Source: Hypanus sabinus (taxonomy: Eukaryota). Taken from it: a stretch of DNA of 64,000 bases. A program made the position numbers and the translations under genes. The stretch is from positions 13,392,001 through 13,456,000 of the forward strand of contig NC_082712.1 of the NCBI RefSeq assembly GCF_030144855.1. The letters are read 5' to 3'. Position 1 is the first letter of the stretch, and every line of letters starts with the position of its first letter. Under the pieces are notes generated by a model, which saw only the letters and a program-made list of their open reading frames with translations, searched no databases and had not been told where the DNA came from. Below, in pieces: positions 1 through 11,125 of the stretch.

Positions 1-1145
1 CGAGATAATTGAAAAAAAGAGGATCTATAATTATTCGTAAGGACAGAAGCAACAGGTTTATAATATATTAATTTAATCCATGATATAAAATTAGAACTAA
101 AGTTAAAATGTTTCAAGGCATTAAATAAGTATATCCATTCAACTCTATCAAAAGCTTTTTCAGCATCTAATGAAATAACACATTCTGGGGTTGTGGGTGA
201 GGAAGTGTAAATTATATTGATCAATTTTCTAACATTAAAAAAGGAGTATCGGTTCCTAATGAAACCAGTTTGATCTCCTGAAATAATCTGTGATAGTACC
301 TTTTCTAACCTAACAGCTAAAATTTTTGTAAGAATCTTAGAGTCTACATTTAGTAACGATATAGGGCGATAAGATGCACATAAAGTAGGATCTTTATCTT
401 TTTTAAGAATTAAAGAAATAGTAGCTTCATAAAAAGACTGGGGTAGTCTCTTCTTAATAAATGCATCATTAAAGATTTCACATAACCAAGGGGAAAGCAA
501 AGAAGAAAAAGTTTTAAAAAATTCTATAATATAACCATCGGGGCCAGGAGCTTTCCCTGAATTCATCGATGAAATAGCTTCTCCTACCTCCGCCATAGAA
601 ATAGGAGCATCAAATAAACTTCGATCTTCATCTGTCAGTTTGGGAATATTCAAATTGTTAAAAAAATTATCCATCATAGACATATCACCATCAAATTCTG
701 ATTGATATAAAGATTTATAAAAATCTTGGAAAGTATTATTAATTTCTTTATGATCAGTAGTCAGATTACCGTCTTGTTTACAAATTTTAATAATTTGTCG
801 CTTAGTCGAAATAGCTTTTAATTGATTAGCTAACAATTTACCAGTTCGATCACTATGAATATAAAATTGAGCCCTGGTCTTAATTAATTGATTCTCAATT
901 GAAGAAGATAACAGTAAGCTATGTTCCATTTGCAGCTCAACTCTCTTCTTATAAAGTTCCTTGGTAGGAGTAACGGAATAAATCTTATCAATTTCTTTAA
1001 TTTTATCCACCAATAAAGCTATATCTAAATATCTTTGTTTTCTTTTCCCAGCAGAATATGAGATAATTTGTCCATGAATAAAAGCCTTAAAAGAGTCCCA
1101 AAGTATTCCTCTGTCAATCTCTTCGGTATAGTTTGTTGAAAAAGA
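1..1145 (-). mobile_element. L1-clade LINE ORF2 fragment (RT region), decayed
   Basis: Minus strand translates to GFIRNRYSFFNVRKLINII...SLDAEKAFDRVEWIYLF...WIKLIY, L1 RT motifs. Continues past the window start. Confidence 0.9.
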
Positions 1146-1670
1146 GAGATTACCTCAGGGCTCTTGAACTCAATCCCACAGCTGACGAATGCCAGTACAC
1201 CAGACACCTTCTTAACACCACTGTCAACCTGTGCAGCAGCTTTGAGTGTCCTATGGACAGAGTCCCCAAGATCCAGCTCATCCTCCACACTGCCACCAGT
1301 CTTACCATTCATATATTCTGTATTCAAATTTGACCTACCAGAATGAATCACTTCACACTTATCTGGGTTGAACTCCATCTGTTCTACACACCCTCCACTC
1401 TGTGTGTAATGAACCTGCCTCTGACCTCTGACATCCCCCCAATACTTTCCAGGAAAAGTCTCTGGCTGTCTGCTCGATTATGCCTCTTATCATCTTGTTC
1501 ACCTCTATCAAGTCACCTCTCATCTTTCTTCACTCCCAAGAGAAATTCTCCAGCTCGCTCAACCTTTCCTCATTAAACATCCTCTCTGGTCCAGGCAGCA
1601 TCCTGGTAGATCTCCTCTACATCCTCACGAAAGCTTCCTCATCCTTCCTGTAATGAGGTGAGTGGAACTG
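1146..1670 (-). mobile_element. CR1 LINE ORF2 3' fragments
   Basis: FNPDKCEVIH...AAQVDSGVKKVSGVLAFVSCGIEFKS is CR1 ORF2 C-terminal sequence; abuts the L1 fragment. Confidence 0.8.
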
Positions 1671-1829
1671 AACTTACTTGCTGCTGCAGGGATGATTTTC
1701 ATTGCATGTCTGCCTACGTGTCTGCACAGGTACAGTGAAAATCCAGTTGCCGTAGCAACACAGGCACAGAGCGTTGCATCAGAAAAGCAGCAATCAAGGT
1801 CAAGTTTATTGCCATCTGACTGTACACAG

Positions 1830-2550
1830 ATACAGAACGTCAAGGTGTCTTGTACATCAGTCAATGAAAGTAAGCATGCAGGTACAGCAGGCAGTGAAGA
1901 AAGCTAATGACATGCTGGCTTTTATAACAAGAGGAATTGAGTATAGGAGTAAAGAGGTCCTTCTGCAGTTGTACAGGGCCCTGGTGAGACCTCACCTGGA
2001 GTACTGTGTGCAGTTTTGGTCTCCAAATTTGAAGAAGGACATTCTTGCTATTGAGGGAGTGCAGCGTAGGTTCACAAGGTTAATTCCCGGAATGACGGGA
2101 CTGTTATATGTTGAAAGATTGGAGTGACTGGGCTTGTATATACTGGAATTTAGAAGGATGAGAGGGGATCTGATTGAGACATATAAGATTATTAAGGGAT
2201 TGGACATGCTGGAGGCAGGAAGCATGTTCTGGCTAATGGGTGAGTCCAGAACTAGAGGCCACAGTTTAAGAATAAGGGGTAGGCCATTTAGAACTGAGAT
2301 GCGGAAAAATTTTTTCACCCAGAGAGTGGTGGATATGTGGAATACTCTGCCCCAGAAGGCAGTGGAAGCCAAGTCTCTGGATGCACTCAAGAGAGAGTTA
2401 GATAGAGCTCTTATAGATAGCGGGGTCAAGGGATATGGGGGAGAGGGCAGGAATGGGGTACTGATTGTGTATGATCAGCCATGATCACAGTGAATGGCAG
2501 TGCTGGCTAGAAGGGCCGAATGGCCTACTCCTGCACCTATTGTCTATTGT
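1830..2550 (+). mobile_element. CR1 LINE 3' end
   Basis: LYRALVRPHLEYCVQFWSP...RTRGHSLRIRG...FFTQRVV; ends in the tail ggcctactcctgcacctattgtctattgt, also seen at about 31165-31190. Confidence 0.9.
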
Positions 2551-4822
2551 AAACTCGGGATTGCAGCCTGTGCCACGAGACAGAGAGGGTAGGAACAGGA
2601 AGTTATGGCAGATGAATGCGTGGCTGAGGAGTTGGTGCAGGGGGCAGGGGTTCAGGTTTCTGGATCATTGGGATCTCTTCTGGGGACGGTCTGACCTGTA
2701 CAAAAAGGACGGGCTGCACCTGAACTGGAAAGGGACCAATATCCTGGCGGGCAGGTTTGCTGGAGCTGTTGGGGAGGGTTTAAACTATTTTGGCGGGGGG
2801 GTGGGAATCAGAATGTGAGTGCAGAGATTAAGGTAGAAGGACAAGGGCATGATGCTATGTGTTCTGAGTTGGTGAGGAAGGACAGGCAGGGGACAAAACA
2901 TAAATGTAGCCAGTTAGAGGGGTTGAAATGTGTCTATTTCAATGCTAGGAGTATTAGGAATAAAGGGGATGAACTTCGAGCATGGATCAGTACATGGAAC
3001 TACGATGTTGTGGCCATTACTGAAACTTGGCTGGAGGAAGGACAGGATTGGCTGATGCAGGTACCAGGATTTAGCTGTTTTAAAAGGAACAGAATGGGAG
3101 GTAGAAAGGGGGAGATGAGTAGCATTACTGGTCAGGGATAGTATCACGGCTATAGAAAGGGAGGACGCTGCAGAGGGAATGTCCACTGAGTTGGTCTGGG
3201 TGGAAGTCAGAAATAGGAAGGGATCAATCGCTGTGCTGGGAGTAGTCTATAGGCCCCCAAATAGCCCTCAGGACACCGAGGAGCAGATAAGCAGGCAGAT
3301 TTTAGAATGGTGCAGGAAATACAGGGTTGTAGTTATGGGTGATTTCAACTTCCCACACATTGACTGGCATCTCCTGACTGCAAGGGGGATAAATGGGGCT
3401 GAATTTGTCAGGTGTGTTCAAGAAGGATTCCTGACACAATATGTATACTGGCCGACGAGAGGAGAGGCCATACTGGAGCTAGTTCTGGGTAATGAACCTG
3501 GTCAGGTGACAGACCTCTTGGTGGGGGAGCATTTGGTGAGAGTGACCACAACTCCCTTAGCTTCAGCATAGCTATGGAAAAGGATAAAAACAGACAAAAT
3601 GGGAAAGTGCTTAACTGGGGAAGGGCTAACAATGAAGGGATGAGGCAGGAACTAGTGAGAGTAAATTGGAAACAGATGTCCAAGGGTGAAAACACAGAAG
3701 TAATGTGGGAGAAGTTTAGGGACCACTTGTGCTGTGTTCAGGATAGGTTTGTCCCACTGAGACAAGTTTAAAATGATAGGAAAAGGGAACCATGTCTGAC
3801 AAAACACGTGAGGCAACTCATCCAGAGGAAGAAAGAAGCATATGTTAGATATAAGAAGCAGGAAACAGGGGGGGCTCATGAGAAATATAGGATAGCCAGG
3901 AAGGTGCTTAAGAAAGGACTGAGGAGAGCTCTAAGTCTTGGCATGTCGGATTAAGGAGAACCCCAAGGCGTTCTACACGTATGTGAAGAACAGAAGGATG
4001 AATAGAACAAAGGTGGGGCCACTAAAGGATAAGGAGGGCAATATGTGCTTGGAGGTGCAGGAGGTTGGGGAGGTCCTAAATGAATACTTTGCTTCAGTAT
4101 TGACAAGTGAAAAGGACCTTGATCAGGGTGAGATCGAAATAGAGCAGGTCTGTGCACTGGACAATGTGGAGATTAAGGAAGAAATATTGGATCTTCTTAA
4201 AAACATCAAAATTGATAAGTCCCCAGGACTGGATGTGATATACCCCAGGTTGCTGTGGGAGGTGAGAGAAGAAATCACTGGAACAGTAGCTATGATCTTT
4301 GAATCCTCTTTGGCTGCAGGGGAGGTGCCGGAGGATTGGAGAATGGCAAATGTAGCTCCCCTTGTTTAAAAATGTTAATAGGGAGAATCCTGTGAACTAG
4401 AGACTGGTGAGTCTTACGTCGGTGCTCTGAAAACTATTGGAAAGGATTCTTAAGGATAGGATCTATGAGCATTTGGAGAAGTCCAGTCTGCTCAAGGATA
4501 GTCAACATGGCTTTGTGAAGGGAAGGTTGTGCCTCACCAGCCTGACTGAGTTTTTTGAAGAGGTAACAAAAGAAATTGATGAGGGTAGGGCAGTAGATGT
4601 GGTCTACATGGATTTTAGCAAAGCATTTGTCAAGGTCCCCCATGAGAGACTCATCCAGAAAGTCATGAGGCGTGGAATCAATGGAACCTTAGCTGTTTGG
4701 ATAAAAAATTGGTTTACAGGAAGAAAGCAGAGGATCGTAGTGGAAGGAAAGTATTCTGCCTGGAGGTCGGTGACTAGTGGAGTGCCACAAGGATCTGTCC
4801 TGGGACCCCTACTCTTTAAGTA
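2551..4822 (+). mobile_element. CR1 LINE: ORF1 esterase end plus ORF2 endonuclease/RT, 3'-truncated and frameshifted
   Basis: FLDHWDLFWGRSDLYKKDGLHLN (SGNH esterase); YFNARSIRNK..VVAITETWL and MGDFNFPHIDW (APE); KSPGLDVIYPRLL, QHGFVKGRLCLT, YMDFSKAF, GVPQGSVLGPLLF (RT). Confidence 0.93.
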
Positions 4823-4895
4823 TAACTGAGAATGCATGTAGTTTGCAGCACAGGTAAACAGTAAACAGCTCAGTGCACCATCTTTGTAGAAAGCA

Positions 4896-5313
4896 GGGTT
4901 CACTGTAGAATTCCTTCTCAAACACACCAGCTCAGGCTGTAGAACACTTTCAGTACAGTAAGTATTACACTGGAGAGGGTTCACTGTAGAATTCCTTCTC
5001 AAACACACCAGCTCAGGCTGTAGAACACTTTCAGTACAGTAAGTATTACACTGGAGAGGGTTCACTGTAGAATTCCTTCTCAAACACACCAGCTCAGGCT
5101 GTAGAACACTTTCAGGACAGTAAGTATTACACTGGAGAGGGCTCAGTGTAGAATTCCTTCTCAAACACACCAGCTCAGGCTGTTGAACACTTTCAGTACA
5201 GTAAGTATTACACTGGAGTGGGTTCACTGTAGGATTCCCTTTCAAACACACCAGCTCAGGCTGTTGAACACTTTCAGTACGGTAAGTATCACACTGGAGT
5301 GGGTTCAGTGTAG
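4896..5313. repeat. 81-bp tandem repeat, 5 full units plus a partial unit
   Basis: Unit gggttcactgtagaattccttctcaaacacaccagctcaggctgtagaacactttcagtacagtaagtattacactggaga, starting at 4896, 4977, 5058, 5139 and 5220. Confidence 0.95.
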
Positions 5314-5499
5314 ATGAAGATACAGATGAAGATGAAGATGAAGTACAGATGAAGATCATGTTCATTGTCGTCTGAGTGTACATCTCCACAACAAAATGTA
5401 ACAGTGTTCCTCTGGATCACGGTGCACCCAGAAAACATCTACAGTATCACATCACACACAGCTCATAATGCAAAATATTCCCACAGCTAAGTTAATAAG

Positions 5500-6130
5500 T
5501 TAGTGACTAATGCCATTACACTGGACTGACTGGTGTTGTTATACAATACTGACTGGTGTTGTTTCATTGTGGTGATTGTGTTGTCACACTGTACTGATTA
5601 GTGATATCACACTGTACAGATCAGTGTTGTTACACTGTACTGAGTAGTGTTATAATTCTGTAGTGACTAGTGCCATGACACTGTTATGCCTCGTGTTATG
5701 CTGTTGTGACTAGATATGTTACTCTGTAGTGAGTAGTGTTATTACACTTTAGTGAATAGAGTGGTCACACTACAGTGACTAGTGTTACAATGTAGTGACT
5801 GATGTTCTTACACGGTACTGGTTAATGTTATACTTCAGTCATTAGCATTATTGCACAGTAGTGACTAGTGTTGTTACACTGTACTGATTAGTGTATTCAC
5901 ACTGTAGTGATTAGTATTGTTACACTGTACTGATTAGTGTTGTTACACTGTAATGATTAGTGTTGTTACGCTGAAGTGACATTGTACAGTGACTGTATCT
6001 ACTGGTGATTGGTGTTGTACTGTACTGATCAGTGTTGTTACACTGTACTGATTGGTCTTGTTACACTGTACTGATCGGTGTTGTTAGACTGTACTGATTG
6101 GTCTTGTTACACTCCACTGATTAGTGATGG
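5500..6130. repeat. Degenerate ~23-bp minisatellite
   Basis: Recurrent gtgttgttacactgtactgatta units. Confidence 0.85.
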
Positions 6131-6271
6131 TGTCAATTGGTTCAACAACTGAATGTCTGAAGGGAATTAGCTGTTCCTGAACGTGGTGGTGTGAGATTTA
6201 GGCTTCTCTGCCTCCAGTCCGATGGGGCTGTTTTATATTCGAAAGAGGTTCCCTAGTTTGAATGGTTTGCA

Positions 6272-6359
6272 ATGAGTGAGACACATGTGGGGGTCTTTTC
6301 ATTCTGGTGGTCACTGAGGGGAGTATTTATTGTTTTGTTGGCTGGAAATTTTGTCAGTG
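6272..6359 (+). CDS. Tentative signal-peptide exon for the V-domain receptor
   Basis: MSETHVGVFSFWWSLRGVFIVLLAGNFVS-G is hydrophobic and in phase with the V exon, but the donor is weak (G/GTTAAA) and the intron would be only 57 nt. Confidence 0.2.
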
Positions 6360-6389
6360 GTTAAACATGTTTGGTGGGTGTTAACTGAT

Positions 6390-8560
6390 ATATTCAGGCA
6401 CCTGTCCTTCCCTCAGCTCCCGGCGAGAGTGTTCCAGTGCTGAACGGGACTGAAGGAGCTTCGGCCACGTTACCCTGTGTGTTCACACGGCCTCAGCAGA
6501 GATTCACCGCACACACGGTGACGTGGATGAGGAAGGATCCCTATCGACACATCGTCACCTTCAGGCGTATTCGAAATGGACCGTGGGCAGCAGAAAACGG
6601 AGTGACTCGGTACGAGCTCGTCGGGGACCCAGAGCATGGAAACGCCTCGACCAGTATAAAGCAGCTGAGAGTGGAGGACAGTCACAGCTACCTGTGTCTG
6701 GCTGAGTTCAGGAAAAGCCAGCATTATTATTATTATTATTGGCCCACCAGAGACCACGTCAAACCCCCATATATCCATGTGTTCCAGAGTGAGATCCGGC
6801 TGCAGGTCAGATCAGGTAAGAAATCATTGACACATTCTGCAGGGCATGGGGAGGGTTTTAGGGGTGGGTGGGGGGAAGCCTGCTACCATTATCCTTTCTC
6901 TAATCAATCCCCACCCCCGTGTTTATCTGTCTGTCCCCGAGTGAGATCTGACTGTAGATCAGACCCGGAAAAGAACCCGTCACCACATTCAAGTTCAAGT
7001 TTAATTGTCAATCAGCCACACGTGCATACAGCAAAACAAAAGTGTTCCTCCAGGGACAAGGTGTAAAGCAGAGTAGCAACAGCACACAGTACACATTGTT
7101 ATGATGGCAGAAAAGCATACAGTCACAAAAAGACATAATATAGCCCAAGTTCCTGAGTGGTCTGGCTTGGAGCTGGATGGTAGATTGGATATTGTCCTGG
7201 TCCAGCTTGTCTCTCACTAAGTGAACACTGGGGGGCAGCACTGAGCAAAAGAGGAAGGCAGCACCAATGGGAGGGGCCTGTCCCCAACCCACGACGGACT
7301 CCAGCACGTCCACAGAGGCCTCTGCTCTCTCCCACACCATCTCGGCATCTTCTGCAGTGTTCAGGGATGGGTCGGAACCTCCAGCACCCATTGTATTCTG
7401 TGTCCAGACTCTGGGGATGAATGTTATATCGGCCACTCCCAGCCTCAGCTGGTGATGAGTTCCATTTCCCCACCACAACTCCATCTCAGACGGTCCCTCA
7501 CACAGGGTGGCCCCCAGACCTTCAACGGGCCCCCTGGTGGGGCCTTGCCTGAACTTGGGAGGAATGAGTGGAGTTCTAACGGAGGATCAGGAAGCTTCCC
7601 AGAGAAGATGCACACTCAGCGTTTCAGGAAGAGCTTCTTCCTTTCTGCCGTCGGATTTCTGAATGGACAATCAGAAAAGTGAGGACCAGCTCACTTTCTT
7701 CCCTATTTTTCCCTCTTTTTGTGCTACTTATTTAATTTAAAATTATACATGTAGGTATATATTTCTTATTGAAATTTACAGTTTTTTAATTAATATGTAT
7801 TGCAATGTATAACGGGGTGTCAGGGTGAAGATACGTCTTTACCAAAGGAGGTGTAAGACACTCCTTCCCTCCACTAGTCTTCACTTTACCCTTGGGCGAG
7901 GTGTAGCCCCTGCTTAGCCCCTGATCAGGGTCACGTGAATCCATGGGATCAGGTGGTGGATGGTTGTATGAGCAGCTGGTGCAGATCACAAATTCTGGTT
8001 ATGTGACCACTGACACCAGGCAGACAATCTCTGAAGAGTATTGATAATGGCTGGGCTCACCCATCCTGTACAGACACTGCTCAGAAGAAGGTGATGGAAA
8101 CCACTTTTGTAGAAAATTTGCCAAGAACAATCATGGTCATAAACAGGAAAATATCTGCCGTTGCTGGAAATCCAGAGCAACACACACAAGATACTGGAGG
8201 AGCTCAGCAGGTCAGGCAGCGTCTATGGGGAAAGGATCAAAGGTTCATTTTATTGTCAAAAGTTTGCATGTAGAATACAACTCTGATATTCATCTTCTCC
8301 AGATAACCATGATATCCAGATAAACCATGGGATTCATTACGTCAATACCCCCACATGAAAAGGAAAAAGAAAAATCTCGCAACCTCAACCCCCCACCTCC
8401 CTCCCTCGCACAAAAGCCAACAGATCACCCACATGGAAGATGATCGTCAGAAGATCGAAAGCCTCAAGCCCCCAACCCCCTCCCTCTCAAAAAATACAGT
8501 GCCGACAACACCAAACCCAACACCCTCTCCCCACACAGATCACCCACACAGAACAGTCAA
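6390..8560 (+). repeat. Segmental duplication block A, copy 1 (V exon plus downstream intron)
   Basis: Colinear with 49050-50705; the ORF track shows near-identical spurious translations (e.g. 7786..7989 vs 49929..50132). Confidence 0.9.
6417..6815 (+). CDS. Ig V-set domain exon of a Siglec-15/PILR-like single-V receptor (intact)
   Basis: Acceptor cctgtccttccctcAG, donor G/GTAAGA, 399 nt, phase 1-1, open. PGESVPVLNGTEGASATLPCVF...TVTWMRKDPY...RYELVGDPEHGNASTSIKQLRVEDSHSYLCLAEF...SEIRLQVRS has the B-strand Cys, C-strand Trp and DxxxYxC. Confidence 0.9.
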
Positions 8561-8814
8561 CAGGAACATCAGACACCAATTCCCAACCCCTCCCTCACAC
8601 AAAAACAATACATCGTCCCTCTAGAACCCCAACCCACCAATCAGCAACAGGAAAGAAAACAGAAACTGAAGGAGAGCAAAATAAACTACAGCCCAACAGC
8701 CACATCAATCTCAGAATTTCAAACATTCCTCCCACCAGAACTGAGTAAACAGTCGATGCTTTGTGCTGAGACTCTGCATCAGAACTCATGAAAGGGCCTG
8801 TTCTGCACGGTGTG

Positions 8815-8850
8815 AGTCCTGATGAAGGGGTCAGCCTGAAACATCAGCTG
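8815..8850 (+). ncRNA. Degenerate Penelope-type minimal hammerhead ribozyme motif
   Basis: agtc-CTGATGA-AGGggtcagCCT-GAAAC-ATC-agctg, beside the PLE terminal repeat ctgctgagttcctccagcattttgtgtgt. Confidence 0.55.
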
Positions 8851-9104
8851 TTTACTCTTCTCCAGAGATGCTGCCTGGCCTGCTGAGTTCCTCCAGCATT
8901 TTGTGTGTGTTCATCATGGTTACGAGACTGTGATTGCCCACATCACACAACACAGCACATACCAATGATGATGATTGCAATGTACTGCTGCACAAAGCAC
9001 AAGCCGGTGAAATTATCCTAATCCCGACTGCGGTTCTGCAGAATGTCAGGGGGAGGAGGCAGACAGGACACGATTACAGGGCTCAACCTGTCACATGGAT
9101 CAAT

Positions 9105-9560
9105 TAGAACATAAGAAGATAAGAAATAAGAGCAGGATTTGGCCACCCGGCCCATCGAGCCTGTCCCGCCATTCGATAAGATCATGGCTGATCTGTCCGT
9201 AAACTCAGCTCCATCTACCTACCTCTTCCCCAAAACCCTTAATTCCCTTACTATGTAAAAACCTATCTAACTGTTTCTTAAATATATTTAGTGAAGAAAC
9301 CTCAACTGCTTCCCTGGGCAGAGAATTCCACAGATTCACCACTCTCTGGGAAAAACAGTTTCTCCTCATCCCCATCCTAAATCTTCTCCCCGAATGTTGA
9401 GGCAATGCCCCCTAGTTCCAGTCTCACCTACCAAGGGAAACAACTTTCCTGCTTCTATCTTATCTTTCCCTTTCAAAATTTTGTATCTTTCTATAAGATC
9501 CCCCCTTATTCTTCTGAACTCTACAGAGTATAGTCCCAGGCGACTGAACCTCCCCTCACA
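9105..9560 (-). mobile_element. CR1 3' fragment
   Basis: Minus translation TRGHCLNI...FSQRVVNLWNSLPREAVE. Confidence 0.85.
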
Positions 9561-10194
9561 GGTTAACCCCTTCATCAAGACAGAAGCCAGCCCCCCACCA
9601 TGGATTCTGTCCACACTTCTCACCGTCTCTGTGAAACAGACTGCAAAATCAGAGACCCTCCCATCCACCCTGGACATTCTCTCTTCGGCCCTCTCCCACT
9701 GGGCAGAAGGTACAACAGCCTGGATGCACGGACCACCAGGCTGAAGAACAGCTTTTATCCTACAGTTATAACTACGGAGTGGTCCCCCAGTATGATAAGA
9801 TGGACTCTCCACCTCATTATTTATTTGTTTATTCATTTAGAGATACAGCACGGAACAGGCCCTTCCGACCCAACGAGCCACACCACCCAGAAACCCACCT
9901 ATTGAACCCACAACGATTTACAATGATCAATTAACCGACGAGCCGGTCCATCCTTAGACTGTGGGAGGAAACCGGAGCACCCGGAGGACACAGCCTCAGG
10001 ATAGAACAATGTCCCTTTAGAACAGAGTTGGGGGGAAGTTATTCAGCCAGACGGTGGTGAATCTGAGGAATTTGTTGCCACAGATGACAGTGAAGGTCAA
10101 ATCTTGGTCTTTAAGTGGAGGTTGAGAACTTCTTGATTAGAAAGGACATCAAATTTTATGGGAGATGGCAGTAGAATGGAGTTGAGCAGAAAAA

Positions 10195-10505
10195 CAGACA
10201 GACAGACGTACTTTATTGATCCCGAGGGCAATTTTGTTTTGTTATAGCCGCACCAACCAAGAGCAGTGTAGAAATATAGCAATATAAAACCATAAATAAT
10301 TAAATAATAAGTTAATCATGCCAAGTGGAAATATGTCCAGGACCAGCCTATTGGCTCAGGGTGTCTGACACTCCGAGGGAGGAGTTGTAAAGTTTGATGG
10401 CCACCGGTAGGAATGACTTCCTATGACGCTCAGTGTTACATCTCGGTGGAATGAGTCTCTGGCTGAATGTACTCCTGTGCCTAACCAGTACATTATGGAG
10501 TGGAT
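10195..10505 (-). mobile_element. Rex1/Babar-type LINE 3' end
   Basis: (gaca)n tail plus ctttattgatcccgagg...; same family as 63225-64000. Confidence 0.7.
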
Positions 10506-10650
10506 GGGAGTCACACACAAGTTATCATCTTCAGTAAAAATCTGCTGAATGATAAATTCATCTGCACAGCGACTGATTTTAATCAGTCCACATTATTGGT
10601 CTCTCCCCCATTGCCTGAGTCTGGATTGACCTCTCTCACTTTCTCTTCAG

Positions 10651-10769
10651 GGACAGGCGCTTCTGAAACCGTGCTGATGTTGTGTAGCCCACTCGGACTG
10701 AAAACTCTCACCCTTTTAGTGATGGGCGCCGTTCTCTACTGTGACAAACTCAGGTACTGTATGTACTAA
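10651..10769 (+). CDS. Transmembrane / short-tail exon with intramembrane Lys (probable partner of the V exon at 6417)
   Basis: Acceptor ctctctcactttctcttcAG, phase 1 matching the V exon: GTGASETVLMLCSPLGLKTLTLLVMGAVLYCDKLRYCMY*. LGLKTL recalls Siglec-15 (LGFKAL) and PILRB (VLKTVI). A further exon via internal GT sites near 10754-10759 is not excluded. Confidence 0.8.
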
Positions 10770-11087
10770 TGCTGAAGGCTCTTGCCGTGACGTGACTGAA
10801 ATCCGATTCTCTCAGACAGTCGGTGGACGTTGGGAACTGGCTCAAATACTTGCGGTGGCCCAGTCAGTACTTGTTGTTTGCTGTTTGTGGGAGCACCGTA
10901 GAAAATACTCGTTGCATCATAAGAGTGACTCCTGCAGAAGTGTTTGTAGACTGTTTAGCATTTTGAGATACATTTCGGATTAAACGTACCCGGAAACAAG
11001 AGAAAACGTGCAGATGGTGTAACTTAAAGCGACACACACAAAATGCTGGAGGAACTCAGCAGGCCAGACAGCATCTATGGAAAAAGT

Positions 11088-11125
11088 ACAGTCGACGTTT
11101 CGGGCAGAGACCCTTCGGCAGGTCT
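11088..11125 (-). ncRNA. Degenerate hammerhead motif in a PLE terminal-repeat insertion
   Basis: Minus: CTGCCGA-AGGGtctctgCCC-GAAAC-GTC-GACTG; core A6 is mutated. This insert (about 11030-11130) is absent from the paralogous block at about 26200. Confidence 0.5.

Noticed and set aside
2480-2495. CACAGTG heptamer
   Set aside because: Part of the CR1 3' UTR; no spaced nonamer and no adjacent gene segment.
4604-5389. 261-aa Cys-rich minus-strand ORF
   Set aside because: It is the in-frame read-through of the 81-bp repeat fused to antisense CR1; no domain or splice support.
6700-6900. Rearranging antigen-receptor V segment (the YYYYY run recalls JH6)
   Set aside because: No heptamer/nonamer RSS 3' of the Cys codon and no FGxG J motif; the G strand is encoded in the same exon.
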